NCBI GenBank assembly: GCA_041688385.1
Contig: JBDNIH010000127.1
Coordinates: 1 to 59,295 of the forward strand
Reading direction: 5' to 3'
From: Bacteroidia bacterium
Lineage (GTDB): Bacteria; Bacteroidota; Bacteroidia; UBA7662
DNA: 59,295 nucleotides
Below the pieces are notes generated by a model. That model worked only from the letters and a program-made list of their open reading frames with translations. It searched no databases and had not been told where the DNA came from. Of this stretch, positions 48,533-58,278 are shown one piece after another (within the stretch, counting starts at the first letter, position 1; each line of letters begins with the position of its first letter). A program made the position numbers and the translations under genes.

Positions 48533-49261
48533 ATGAGTAGCCCTATCCTATCCATCATCACCATTACTTACAATGCCGGTCAGGTTTTACAGCGCACCCT
48601 AGACTCTGTTTCGGCGCAGGATTACCCGCATATTGAATACATTCTCGTCGACGGCCAATCAAAGGACAACACCATGGATTTGGTCAAAGCCATGGGAAGC
48701 CGTATTAACAAAGTGGTAAGCGAGCCCGATGGTGGGCTATACGACGCCATGAATAAGGGGTTGACAATGGCAACAGGCGTGTATGTGCTCTTCTTAAATG
48801 CGGGTGATGCGTTAGCAGACGGGCATGTGCTCTCGGAGATCTTCTCGCTTCCGCCAGCCGATGTGTATTATGGCGATGCTATGCTCGTGAATTTGGATGG
48901 AAAAAGCCTGGGTTTACGCGAGCCGTTGCCACCCGAAAAATTAAGCTGGAAAAGTCTGCAATGGGGCATGAATGTCTGTCACCAGGCCTTTATTATTCGG
49001 CGAGACAAAGCCACGACTTACGATTTGCAATACCGTATCTGTGCGGATATCGATTGGATGATTCGCTCATTGAAGCAATGTGAGCGCACCCAAAAAACAA
49101 GGGGTATAGTTTGTCGATTCCTGATTGACGGCGTGTCTTCAGCACAAAGAAAAAATGCCTGGAAAGAACGCTATACCATCCTCTCGAGGCATTATGGTTG
49201 GTTCAACAACTTGCTGAACCATGTATTTATCACCTTACGTTATCCGTTTAAGCGACGGTAG
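48533..49261 (+). CDS. family 2 glycosyltransferase
   Basis: LSIITITYNAGQVLQRTLDSV and ILVDGQSKD (DxD-type) motifs. 242 aa with no TM segment. Confidence 0.88.
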   Translation: MSSPILSIITITYNAGQVLQRTLDSVSAQDYPHIEYILVDGQSKDNTMDLVKAMGSRINKVVSEPDGGLYDAMNKGLTMATGVYVLFLNAGDALADGHVLSEIFSLPPADVYYGDAMLVNLDGKSLGLREPLPPEKLSWKSLQWGMNVCHQAFIIRRDKATTYDLQYRICADIDWMIRSLKQCERTQKTRGIVCRFLIDGVSSAQRKNAWKERYTILSRHYGWFNNLLNHVFITLRYPFKRR

Positions 49262-51680
49262 GCGGTTGTTTTTTTCTGATTTTATCAAAAATCGCCAAAG
49301 CAATCAAGAGCAACAAGACGATAGAGCTTGCTAGCGAAACTTTCTCCCCGAGAATATAACTTTCTGGCTCGAAACGGAAACTGATTTCATGTTCACCAGC
49401 CGGTACTATCATAGCGCGCAGGAGGTAGTTTGCTCGGAAATAATCTACTTGTTTACCATCGACAAATGCTTTCCAACCTTTATCGTAGTACAGGTCTGAG
49501 AATACAGCCAGTTGGTCGCTACTGCTGCTGGATTTGTAAACGAGCTTATCTAAACCGTATTCACTCAGCTCAATACGTGCTGAGCTGTCGGTTGGTGATT
49601 TAAAACCAGCAATTTTCGACATTTGGTCACTTTCAACAATGGCAAGAGCCCGCAAATCAATACTCCCGAGGGTATCCATTGCGGCGTCGGCGGTGGCTAC
49701 CTCGAGTACACCACGCGCAAACCATACATTACCCATAGCCGTAGGATTAAATTGGGCTTGCGGACCCGATTCGGCTGGAAGAATAAACCAGCGCGCATTG
49801 AGCATGTTTAATACATTCATATTTGGCTGACCCTCGAAGTAGGTGTTTTTTACATCTTCGAAACGTGCCAATTTGGCCGCATGATAACCCCCGATAGAGT
49901 TATGAAAATAAGACGCCCGGTTTTCATTAAAAGGATTGCGATTGCCCATATCAAATACCCGGTAATAGGTAGTTTGATCCTGTAAAATTTGTAAATCTGC
50001 GGCAGTTGCTTCAAATGCTTGGGTTACCTGGCGTTTGTTTACAAAATCATTCGCATTGACATATCGTTTGTTCACCGACCACAAATCCGCTACTGTAGCC
50101 ACGAGGAGGATGAGCATCATGTTTTTTGCCGAAAGTTTATTTGTCAGCCACATCCACAAGCTGCCTGCAGCTAATAATACCAACACCAAGGCCTTAATGG
50201 CATCGTTACGCAACATCGAAGTTCGGTCAGCAATAAGCGCATCTACCAAACCCGGAAAATTTGCGTAGTTGCTGTCTGCCGTACTTTCAAAGCTAAAAAA
50301 GGCAGCAGGCGCCAGCACAAAGACCAAACAAAAACCGCCTACTATTGCTGTGGCTATTTTAAGCTGTTTAATGGCTTTGGTGCTGTCTATTTTCTTGTCG
50401 ATCAAACGCTGAACGAGTATAACAGCCAACATAGGAAAAGCCAATGCGGCCGTTACCTGTGCAATAGAAACCGCTCGGAATTTGTTATACATCGGCATAT
50501 AGGCGATGAACAAATCGGTTAAAAACCCGAAGTTACGGCCCCACATCAACCCAAAAGACAGCAGTACGGTAGTAAAAAGCCACCATTTTACCCGGCCTTC
50601 GACCAGCAGCAGCCCCAGTACAAAAAGAAAGACTACGATGGCGCCAAAATAAGTTGGGCCAGCGGTAGATGGCTGGTCACCAAAATAGGTAGGGGCATTT
50701 TCAACAAACTGCTGAGCCTGATTCCGTGGTACGCCGTTTTTGGTTAGTACTTGGAAGGTTTCCGAATTTTCGCCGATTGGACTTGCAGACGCGCCTCCAT
50801 TAAAGTTAGGAATGAGTAAAGTGCCGGTTTCGCCAATGCCATAGCTCCACCGCAGGGCATATTCTCTGTCGAGGCCACCACCAGTAGCTGTTTTTGCATT
50901 GGTGAGCGCTGAGCCACCCCGCAGCGTTTCTTGGGTATATTCATAGGTAACCCAAAAGCCGGTGAAGTTGGCTGTGATTGATAAAGCCGCAGCCACCAAA
51001 GAAAAAGCTGCCGCCTTAAAAAATACGGGTAGGGTTTTCTCCTTAAAAGATTCATAGGCTTTAAAAACGACGTAGAGCACCACCATCAACGCGAGGTAAT
51101 AGGTTACTTGATAGTGATATGCGTTTATTTCGAGGCCTAAGGCAACCGTCAAAAGTGCTAGGTTGCCGATACTAGGTTTGCGAAATATTTTAATGACGCC
51201 GGCAATAACCACGGGCATATACGCAATGGCCATGGCCTTAGTGAGGTGGCCGGCATCTAGAATGATGAAATTGTAGGTAGAAAAGGCGAAAGCAAAAGCG
51301 CCAAAAGCAGCCAACAATGGGCGGAATTTCAAAATCACAAAGAGAAAATATCCGCCAAGCAGATACAATAACATGAGGTTGGCTGGCTGTGGTAATTGAT
51401 AAGCCAGCGCATAATGAAGGTATTGTATCCACACTTGTGGCGTTTTCATGGCTACCTGATAGGCGGGCATACCTGCAAATAAGCTGTTGGTCCACAAGGC
51501 GCGTTCGCCTGTTCTGGCGTAATGATCTTGTAGCGCTTTCGACATGCCGTTTACTTGGGTCATGTCTTCCATGCGCATGGCTTTACCGTCGAGCAGCGGA
51601 GCGTTGTAAATGAATACGGTTCCTACAAAAAGGAGCAGCACCCACAAATGTGGCGTGAATTTTTTCCAGTCTATTTTCAT
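49248..51680 (-). CDS. YfhO-family polytopic membrane protein (GT-C-like glycosyltransferase candidate)
   Basis: 810 aa with many TM helices. The first extracytoplasmic loop carries MEDMTQVNG...WTNSLFAGMPAYQ, typical of Bacteroidota YfhO proteins. Confidence 0.78.
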   Translation of the reverse strand: MKIDWKKFTPHLWVLLLFVGTVFIYNAPLLDGKAMRMEDMTQVNGMSKALQDHYARTGERALWTNSLFAGMPAYQVAMKTPQVWIQYLHYALAYQLPQPANLMLLYLLGGYFLFVILKFRPLLAAFGAFAFAFSTYNFIILDAGHLTKAMAIAYMPVVIAGVIKIFRKPSIGNLALLTVALGLEINAYHYQVTYYLALMVVLYVVFKAYESFKEKTLPVFFKAAAFSLVAAALSITANFTGFWVTYEYTQETLRGGSALTNAKTATGGGLDREYALRWSYGIGETGTLLIPNFNGGASASPIGENSETFQVLTKNGVPRNQAQQFVENAPTYFGDQPSTAGPTYFGAIVVFLFVLGLLLVEGRVKWWLFTTVLLSFGLMWGRNFGFLTDLFIAYMPMYNKFRAVSIAQVTAALAFPMLAVILVQRLIDKKIDSTKAIKQLKIATAIVGGFCLVFVLAPAAFFSFESTADSNYANFPGLVDALIADRTSMLRNDAIKALVLVLLAAGSLWMWLTNKLSAKNMMLILLVATVADLWSVNKRYVNANDFVNKRQVTQAFEATAADLQILQDQTTYYRVFDMGNRNPFNENRASYFHNSIGGYHAAKLARFEDVKNTYFEGQPNMNVLNMLNARWFILPAESGPQAQFNPTAMGNVWFARGVLEVATADAAMDTLGSIDLRALAIVESDQMSKIAGFKSPTDSSARIELSEYGLDKLVYKSSSSSDQLAVFSDLYYDKGWKAFVDGKQVDYFRANYLLRAMIVPAGEHEISFRFEPESYILGEKVSLASSIVLLLLIALAIFDKIRKKQPPTVA

Positions 51681-51721
51681 AAAGTTGGTATGAGAGCTTG
51701 AATCTAAGAAGAATTGGGAGC

Positions 51722-51952
51722 TTAACGAATCTCTTCGTAATCGATGTACTCGCCATCGGTTGGTTCGCCAGGTGGTTTTTTATTGTCAGGAGCGTTTGTT
51801 TCAACATAAACACTGCCCTCTGGACGACGTTCGGGCTGTTGTTTCTTCTGTATGTTTTGAAAAACCCGGCGTATCAATACGGGTAATAACATCCGTAAAA
51901 GCAGTCTTACCAGCAGCAAGACCAATAGAAAAATCAGGATGAACTTTAACAT
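51722..51952 (-). CDS. DUF4834-like small membrane protein
   Basis: 76 aa with one N-terminal TM helix and the acidic C-terminus GEYIDYEEI. Confidence 0.6.
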   Translation of the reverse strand: MLKFILIFLLVLLLVRLLLRMLLPVLIRRVFQNIQKKQQPERRPEGSVYVETNAPDNKKPPGEPTDGEYIDYEEIR

Positions 51953-51967
51953 ACCTCAAATATAGGC

Positions 51968-52873
51968 TTAGTTCAGCCTAATCTGGGTATTTCCAACATA
52001 AGCATTGTTGGTATAGATGTCGAGATTGTAGACCCCTGCCGGCAATCCTTTCAGGCCGTCGATGGCAATATTGATGCGGTTGATTTGCTCAGCATCTTCG
52101 GCCTTGACCTCAAATGATGGTAATATTTCAACAGGATTGTTGTCGAGATAAACGGTTTTTTTCTGCCCTTGAAGAATGTTATATATGGCGCCGCTTTCGT
52201 CGGACATGGTCACGAAGAACACCTCTTTTTTGATCTTCATAAACTCATACCTGTCAGAAGGCTCAAAGCTGACGACGAGTTTTTTGGTTTTTTTGCCACG
52301 CGTAGTTAAATCACGGCTTTTTGCGCGCCATGCCTCCACCCTAAATGCCCGACCAATACCCTTATGGATGGTAATGACATTGTTGGTGGCCTTAAGCTGG
52401 TGGTTGTCGAGCGATAATTGGTTTACTTGTTTGAGCAGTTGGTTGTTTTTGGCAATGAGTTGCTCAATGGTTTTGGAAAGCCTACTTACTTGCTGCTGAA
52501 CCGCTTCGGTTGAGCCATCAATTTGCTCCAATTGGTTTTGTACAGACTTAATTTCAGTTTGATTGCTGACGATTTGGTGCATTAAAACTCCTTTTTCATC
52601 GAGCGAAGCAACCGTATTGCCTAGGTAAACAGTTAGCTGTTGATTGGCTTTTTCAAGCTGTTCTAGCTGGGTGTTTTTATGGGTTAGCTCTTTATCGGTC
52701 AATAATTTTTCTGAAAAAACGCGCTCATGGGCAAGTTTTTCTTTATTCAGACTTTGACGCAGGTACTCCCTGTTCAATACCAAATAAAAACCGCCCATGC
52801 TTGCAGCAATGGCGAGTACAAGGCCGCCAAGCATTAAACCTGCACCTACGTTCGTATTTTTTATTTTGAGCAT
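51968..52873 (-). CDS. membrane-anchored coiled-coil protein with a C-terminal beta-rich domain (hypothetical)
   Basis: 301 aa. It has an N-terminal TM helix, a heptad-like Q/L/N-rich segment of about 130 aa, and a C-terminal domain of about 120 aa. Confidence 0.55.
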   Translation of the reverse strand: MLKIKNTNVGAGLMLGGLVLAIAASMGGFYLVLNREYLRQSLNKEKLAHERVFSEKLLTDKELTHKNTQLEQLEKANQQLTVYLGNTVASLDEKGVLMHQIVSNQTEIKSVQNQLEQIDGSTEAVQQQVSRLSKTIEQLIAKNNQLLKQVNQLSLDNHQLKATNNVITIHKGIGRAFRVEAWRAKSRDLTTRGKKTKKLVVSFEPSDRYEFMKIKKEVFFVTMSDESGAIYNILQGQKKTVYLDNNPVEILPSFEVKAEDAEQINRINIAIDGLKGLPAGVYNLDIYTNNAYVGNTQIRLN

Positions 52874-52943
52874 AAATTATCGGATACAAATATTCACATC
52901 TTATTCGCGATTACGACTATTCAACAATTAAAAAATAATTAAA

Positions 52944-54320
52944 TCAAGTAAAGAGCCTCACCGTGAAAGCACTACTGCTGCCTAATACGGACTGAACCTC
53001 CAGTGTGCCATTGTGCATGACAAGTATCCTTTCAACCAGCGATAAACCTAGTCCATTTCCTTGAATATCAGCGACATTGCCAGCACGAAAGAAAGGTTGA
53101 AATATTTTGTCAAGCGCAGCTGGTGCAATGCCTATGCCTTGGTCTTCAACACGAATACACAGGCTGTCGTCCTGTTTGAAGACCCGGACATGGATATCTT
53201 TCCCATAACTGTATTTAATGCCGTTTTCGATGAGGTTGTAGAAAACAGCGGAAAGGAGCTCTTCATTTCCTTGAACACTAAGGTCATCGGCTGTGTCTAA
53301 GGCTTCATCAAAAATGATTAGAATTTGAACGCCCGGTCGCCATTTCAGTAAGCTGGACTGGCAATTGAAGAGCAGCTCGTCAATGCGAACTTGTCCAAAG
53401 TGTTCCTTGGTTTGGGCGGTATCGGCCTGTGCCAACAGCAAGAGCTGATTGGTGATGGTGGTGAGCTGCCGAATATCAGCCAGCAGGCTTTCTAGCTTCT
53501 GGGCATAAACTTCTGGTGTGCGGGTTTTCATCAGCACAACTTCTAGTTGCCCCTTGATGGCCGTTAATGGTGTTCGTAATTCGTGGGAAGCATTGGCTAC
53601 GAATTGTTTTTGCATTTGAAAAGCTGTTTCGATACGGTCGAGCAAACGATTTATGGTAAGCGTGAGCTTGCCGAGTTCATCTTTGCTGCTGGGTTTGGGT
53701 AAACGATCGCTAATGCGGGCGACATTCAACTGGTCGGTTTGTCGCATAATTTGCTGAATGGGCCGAAGTGCTCCACCGCTATAAATCCACGCGAGAATGG
53801 ACACAACGGTTAAGCTTAAAAGATAGACGAGTACGAGCATTCCTCGCAAAAATTCAAGGTTTTCCCAGCCATTGGTGTCTATACCCGCACTTATTACCAC
53901 TAGCCTATTGTACCGGTCGGTGAACATAAAACCAGCTAGCTCATAACTGTCTTGCTCAAAACGAATTTCTTTTTTAATCCTAATCTCGTCTAAGCGGTCG
54001 TGGGAGATGCTCAAGCGTTGTTTTGGATCAGAGATATAAACGATGTCGTTTTTGTAATTGTAAATGAGCACCTCTTCTCTGGGCAGGAAGGTGGTCGATA
54101 GTTCTTCAAGATCGCGTAAACGTTCAGGTTTTGTATCGGAAAACTCCATAAGCATCAACGTTTTGCTGATGCCGCTGGCCTTCATCTTTTCATAGAATTC
54201 CTTCTCGCGGTGCTTATTTGCTGTCCAATAGATGGCCATTGAGGCGCCCAGCTGGATTATCGCAACGATAATCACAAACCAAATGGTTAAACGGGCGCGA
54301 ATTTGCATTTCAGGCGTCAA
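52944..54320 (-). CDS. sensor histidine kinase (two TM, HAMP, HisKA, HATPase_c)
   Basis: H-box SHELRTPL, N-box NLIENGIKYS, G-boxes DQGIGI and GNGLGLS. Confidence 0.9.
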   Translation of the reverse strand: MTPEMQIRARLTIWFVIIVAIIQLGASMAIYWTANKHREKEFYEKMKASGISKTLMLMEFSDTKPERLRDLEELSTTFLPREEVLIYNYKNDIVYISDPKQRLSISHDRLDEIRIKKEIRFEQDSYELAGFMFTDRYNRLVVISAGIDTNGWENLEFLRGMLVLVYLLSLTVVSILAWIYSGGALRPIQQIMRQTDQLNVARISDRLPKPSSKDELGKLTLTINRLLDRIETAFQMQKQFVANASHELRTPLTAIKGQLEVVLMKTRTPEVYAQKLESLLADIRQLTTITNQLLLLAQADTAQTKEHFGQVRIDELLFNCQSSLLKWRPGVQILIIFDEALDTADDLSVQGNEELLSAVFYNLIENGIKYSYGKDIHVRVFKQDDSLCIRVEDQGIGIAPAALDKIFQPFFRAGNVADIQGNGLGLSLVERILVMHNGTLEVQSVLGSSSAFTVRLFT

Positions 54321-54984
54321 TCATATAACCCATGCCAATTTGCGTAAGCAAAAGTTTGGGTTCAAAATCCCGGTCTACCTTTTTTCGAAGAAAATTTACA
54401 TAAACATCAACCACATTCGTACCGGTATCGAAATGGATATCCCAAACGTCGGCTGCAATTTGTGCACGCGATAAAACCTTGCCTCGGTTCACCATGAGGT
54501 ACTCCAGCAAGGCGAACTCTTTGGCTGTGAGCGTAATCGTCTTCTCGTCCCGTAAGGCTATTTTTTTGTCTAAATCGAGCTCCAAGGGGCCGACTTTTAA
54601 CATCCGATGTTCGTGGTCGATTTGTTTGGAACGGCGGGTAAGCGCTCTTATGCGTGCAACTAATTCCGAAAACTCAAAAGGTTTGACGAGGTAGTCGTCT
54701 GCTCCGGAATCAAAGCCGGCAATTTTATCGGCAGCGGTTCCTAGTGCGGTGAGCATGATGATAGGTAAGCCGGGCTGAGCGGCGCGCAAAGCAACACAAA
54801 CCTCCAGCCCACTTTTGCCGGGCAGCATGAGGTCGAGCAAAACCAGGTCAAATGCCTGTTCGGTGGCTAGGGCTTCGCCTTCAGGGCCGTCGAATGCGGC
54901 CGAAACCACAAAATCTAGCTCTTCGAGTCCTTCACGAATGAAGGCAGCGACCTTTTTTTCATCTTCTATGAGGAGTATATGCAT
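54310..54984 (-). CDS. OmpR-family response regulator
   Basis: Receiver domain (ILLIEDE, DLVLLDLMLPG, KPF) plus a winged-helix domain (LTAKEFALLEYL...GMGY). Confidence 0.93.
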   Translation of the reverse strand: MHILLIEDEKKVAAFIREGLEELDFVVSAAFDGPEGEALATEQAFDLVLLDLMLPGKSGLEVCVALRAAQPGLPIIMLTALGTAADKIAGFDSGADDYLVKPFEFSELVARIRALTRRSKQIDHEHRMLKVGPLELDLDKKIALRDEKTITLTAKEFALLEYLMVNRGKVLSRAQIAADVWDIHFDTGTNVVDVYVNFLRKKVDRDFEPKLLLTQIGMGYMIDA

Positions 54985-54985
54985 A

Positions 54986-57805
54986 TCAACGGCTGAGGTA
55001 CATCGATTTTCGTTTATATAAATCGCGGAAATACGGGTCTTTCAGGTCTTTGATAAAACGGATGGCTTCACCTGTCGATTTCATTTCGGGACCCAATTCT
55101 TTGTTTACGTTCGGGAATTTCTCGAAAGAAAAGACAGGTTCTTTAATTGCCCACCCTTCTAATCGTTTTTTAATGTCAAAATCTTTCAATTTTTTGTCAC
55201 CCAACATCACTTTGGTGGCCATATTAACGAAAGGCACATTATAAGCTTTTGCGAGGAAAGGCACTGTACGTGAGGCTCTTGGGTTGGCCTCGATTACATA
55301 AACGATGTCGTTTTTGATGGCGAACTGCACGTTCATCAGGCCCAAAATATTTAAGGCATGGGCGAGCTTCTTTGTATAGTCTTCCATGAGGGTAACTACC
55401 AGTGGGGAGAGGCCGAATGGCGGAAGTACGGAGTTAGAGTCGCCCGAGTGAATACCGGCCGGCTCTATATGTTCCATTACGCCCATAATCTCAACGTCGG
55501 TACCGTCGCAAATGCAATCGGTTTCAGCCTCCATGGCACGGTCAAGGAAATGATCGATGAGGATGCGGTTGCCTGGAATCTTACGAAGCAGGTCCACAAC
55601 TGCATGTTCTAGCTCTTCTTCATTGATGACAATGCTCATTCCTTGGCCACCGAGTACATAACTCGGGCGAACCAATACAGGATAGCCGACCTCCTTAGCA
55701 ATTTCGATGGCTTCTTCGGCTGTTTGAGCTACACCATATTCAGGATAGGGTATATCTAGTTGTTTGAGTAGGTCTGAAAATAAGCCGCGGTCTTCGGCCA
55801 AATCCATGTTGCCATAGCTGGTGCCGATGATTTTGACCCCGTTTTTTTCAAGCCGTTCGGCCAACTTCAGCGCGGTTTGTCCACCGAGCTGCACGATGAC
55901 CCCTTCGGGCTTTTCATGCTCAATGATATCGATGAGGTGCTCCCAGAAAACCGGCTCGAAATAGAGTTTATCGGCCATGTTGAAGTCGGTTGAAACCGTT
56001 TCAGGATTACAGTTGATCATAATGGCTTCGTAGCCACATTCGCGGGCGGCGAGCAAGCCGTGTACACAGCTATAGTCGAACTCTATGCCTTGTCCAATCC
56101 GGTTTGGGCCTGACCCCAGAACGACCACTTTCTTTTTGTTGGAGGAGATGGATTCGTTCTCAACGTCGTAGGTGGAATAATAGTAAGGTGTTTGTGCTTC
56201 AAATTCGGCGGCACACGTATCCACGAGCTTCCAAACGCGGTTTAGGCCGAGTGCTTTGCGGCGGGCACGGACATCATCTTCATCTACCGTTTCGCCGAGT
56301 ATATAGGCGATTTGTGCGTCGCTGAAGCCGTTTTTTTTCATTTCATCGAGCAGGGTGCGGGGCACGTTGCTCAAACTGTAGCGGCGCAATTCCTGCTCCA
56401 AGTGTACCAGGTGCTGGATTTGATTTAGAAACCAGCGGTCGATGCGCGTGGCTTTTTCGATAGATTTAATGGGCACCCCCAGCGACATAGCGTCGTGGAT
56501 ATGGAAGAGGCGGTCCCAGCTCGGCTTCTCGAGGCTGCTCATGAGTTCTTCAAGATTGCGAAGCTGCTTGCCGTCGGCACCGATACCCATGCGATTGATT
56601 TCTAAGCTCTGACAGGCCTTTTGCAAAGCTTCGTTGAAGCTACGACCGATGCCCATCACTTCTCCTACCGATTTCATCTGGAAACCCAATGTCCTATCGG
56701 CACCATGGAATTTATCGAAATTCCACTTCGGGATTTTGACAATTACATAATCGAGTGTTGGCTCAAAAAATGCCGAACTACTCATGGTGATCTGGTTAGG
56801 CAGTTCGTCGAGATTGTAACCAATGGCTAGCTTAGCGGCAATTTTAGCGATAGGGTAGCCGGTTGCTTTGGACGCGAGTGCGGAGGAGCGCGAAACACGC
56901 GGGTTAATTTCAATGGCAATGATATCTTCTGTGTCGGGATCCATCGAAAACTGCACATTACAACCACCTGCAAAGTTGCCAATGGCACGTATCATGCGGA
57001 TGGCTTCGTGGCGCATTCGCTGGAAACCAGTGTCGCTTAGCGTCATGGCGGGTGCCACGGTGATGGAGTCGCCGGTATGTATGCCCATCGGGTCGAAATT
57101 TTCGATGGTACAAATGATGCAAACGTTGTCGTTGTTGTCGCGGAGCAGCTCGAGCTCGAATTCTTTCCAGCCGAGAACAGCTTTGTCGATGAGCACTTCG
57201 TGGGTAGGTGAGGCATCGAGACCACGCACGAGTAACTTTTCGAAGTCTTCTTTGTGCCGAACAATACTACCGCCCGTACCACCCAAAGTATAACTTGGCC
57301 TGATGACCAGCGGAAAACCAATTTCTTCAGCGGCTTCTTTTCCTTCTAGAAAACTGTTGGCGATACGGGATGGGGCTACTCCTACACCGAGTTCAATCAT
57401 CAGTTTTCGGAACTCTTCCCGGTTTTCTGTTTTTTCGATGGCGTTGATGTCTACGCCTATCATGCGCACACCAAACTTCTCCCAGATGCCGAGTTCATCT
57501 GCTTCTTTACACAAGTTGAGAGCGGTTTGCCCACCCATCGTAGGGAGCACAGCATCTATTTTGCGCTCTTCGAGTATCTGTTCTATCGATTCAACCGTAA
57601 GTGGAAGCAAATAAATATGATCGGCCGTAACCGGATCGGTCATAATGGTCGCCGGATTGCTGTTTATTAGGGATACTTCTATGCCTTCTTCTTTCAGTGA
57701 GCGGGCAGCCTGAGAGCCGGAATAGTCAAATTCGCAGGCTTGTCCGATAACAATGGGGCCGCTACCGATGATAAGGACTGAGCGGATGGAAGGATCTCTG
57801 GGCAT
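54986..57805 (-). CDS. carB: carbamoyl-phosphate synthase large subunit
   Basis: 939 aa with duplicated ATP-grasp halves (IGQACEFDYSGSQA and IGQGIEFDYSCVH). Confidence 0.97.
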   Translation of the reverse strand: MPRDPSIRSVLIIGSGPIVIGQACEFDYSGSQAARSLKEEGIEVSLINSNPATIMTDPVTADHIYLLPLTVESIEQILEERKIDAVLPTMGGQTALNLCKEADELGIWEKFGVRMIGVDINAIEKTENREEFRKLMIELGVGVAPSRIANSFLEGKEAAEEIGFPLVIRPSYTLGGTGGSIVRHKEDFEKLLVRGLDASPTHEVLIDKAVLGWKEFELELLRDNNDNVCIICTIENFDPMGIHTGDSITVAPAMTLSDTGFQRMRHEAIRMIRAIGNFAGGCNVQFSMDPDTEDIIAIEINPRVSRSSALASKATGYPIAKIAAKLAIGYNLDELPNQITMSSSAFFEPTLDYVIVKIPKWNFDKFHGADRTLGFQMKSVGEVMGIGRSFNEALQKACQSLEINRMGIGADGKQLRNLEELMSSLEKPSWDRLFHIHDAMSLGVPIKSIEKATRIDRWFLNQIQHLVHLEQELRRYSLSNVPRTLLDEMKKNGFSDAQIAYILGETVDEDDVRARRKALGLNRVWKLVDTCAAEFEAQTPYYYSTYDVENESISSNKKKVVVLGSGPNRIGQGIEFDYSCVHGLLAARECGYEAIMINCNPETVSTDFNMADKLYFEPVFWEHLIDIIEHEKPEGVIVQLGGQTALKLAERLEKNGVKIIGTSYGNMDLAEDRGLFSDLLKQLDIPYPEYGVAQTAEEAIEIAKEVGYPVLVRPSYVLGGQGMSIVINEEELEHAVVDLLRKIPGNRILIDHFLDRAMEAETDCICDGTDVEIMGVMEHIEPAGIHSGDSNSVLPPFGLSPLVVTLMEDYTKKLAHALNILGLMNVQFAIKNDIVYVIEANPRASRTVPFLAKAYNVPFVNMATKVMLGDKKLKDFDIKKRLEGWAIKEPVFSFEKFPNVNKELGPEMKSTGEAIRFIKDLKDPYFRDLYKRKSMYLSR

Positions 57806-57887
57806 AGTAAATGGTTTTTTTATAAAGCCTGTGCTTCACAAATTGGGCTAAGTTAAGCTTTTGAAGGCGTAACTTCATGGTCGAATC

Positions 57888-58088
57888 ATGAGAATCAAAC
57901 CAGTGCGTGAAAGATTGTGGCTATACCTGAGTGGCGGACTCCTGTTATTACTCGGCATGGCTTTGCGTACATTTAATCATTCACAAGCTACTATTGCATC
58001 GGCTATAGGCTTGAGTTTGATTGTGCTGGGGTTGGGCTTGTACTGGAAAGCAATGTTGGAAAAAGAGAAGGACAAGGATGAAGTATAG
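57888..58088 (+). CDS. small two-TM membrane protein (hypothetical)
   Basis: 66-aa ORF with two hydrophobic helices. The only support is the ORF and its hydrophobicity. Confidence 0.35.
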   Translation: MRIKPVRERLWLYLSGGLLLLLGMALRTFNHSQATIASAIGLSLIVLGLGLYWKAMLEKEKDKDEV

Positions 58089-58278
58089 CTTTGTGTTTTT
58101 GGTTTTAATGAGTTGGGCTGTAGCTGGTTTATCCCAAACAAAAAAGGGGTGTCTTATTGCACATTGAAGATAGGCACTTGTACAAGGATAGTAGCTTGCT
58201 TATTTCGTCTTTTCAGTTGGCGCTTTGGCACAAAAGCACCAATTATGTGCTACGAGCTGAAGGCCCTGTCTTGCGCGG

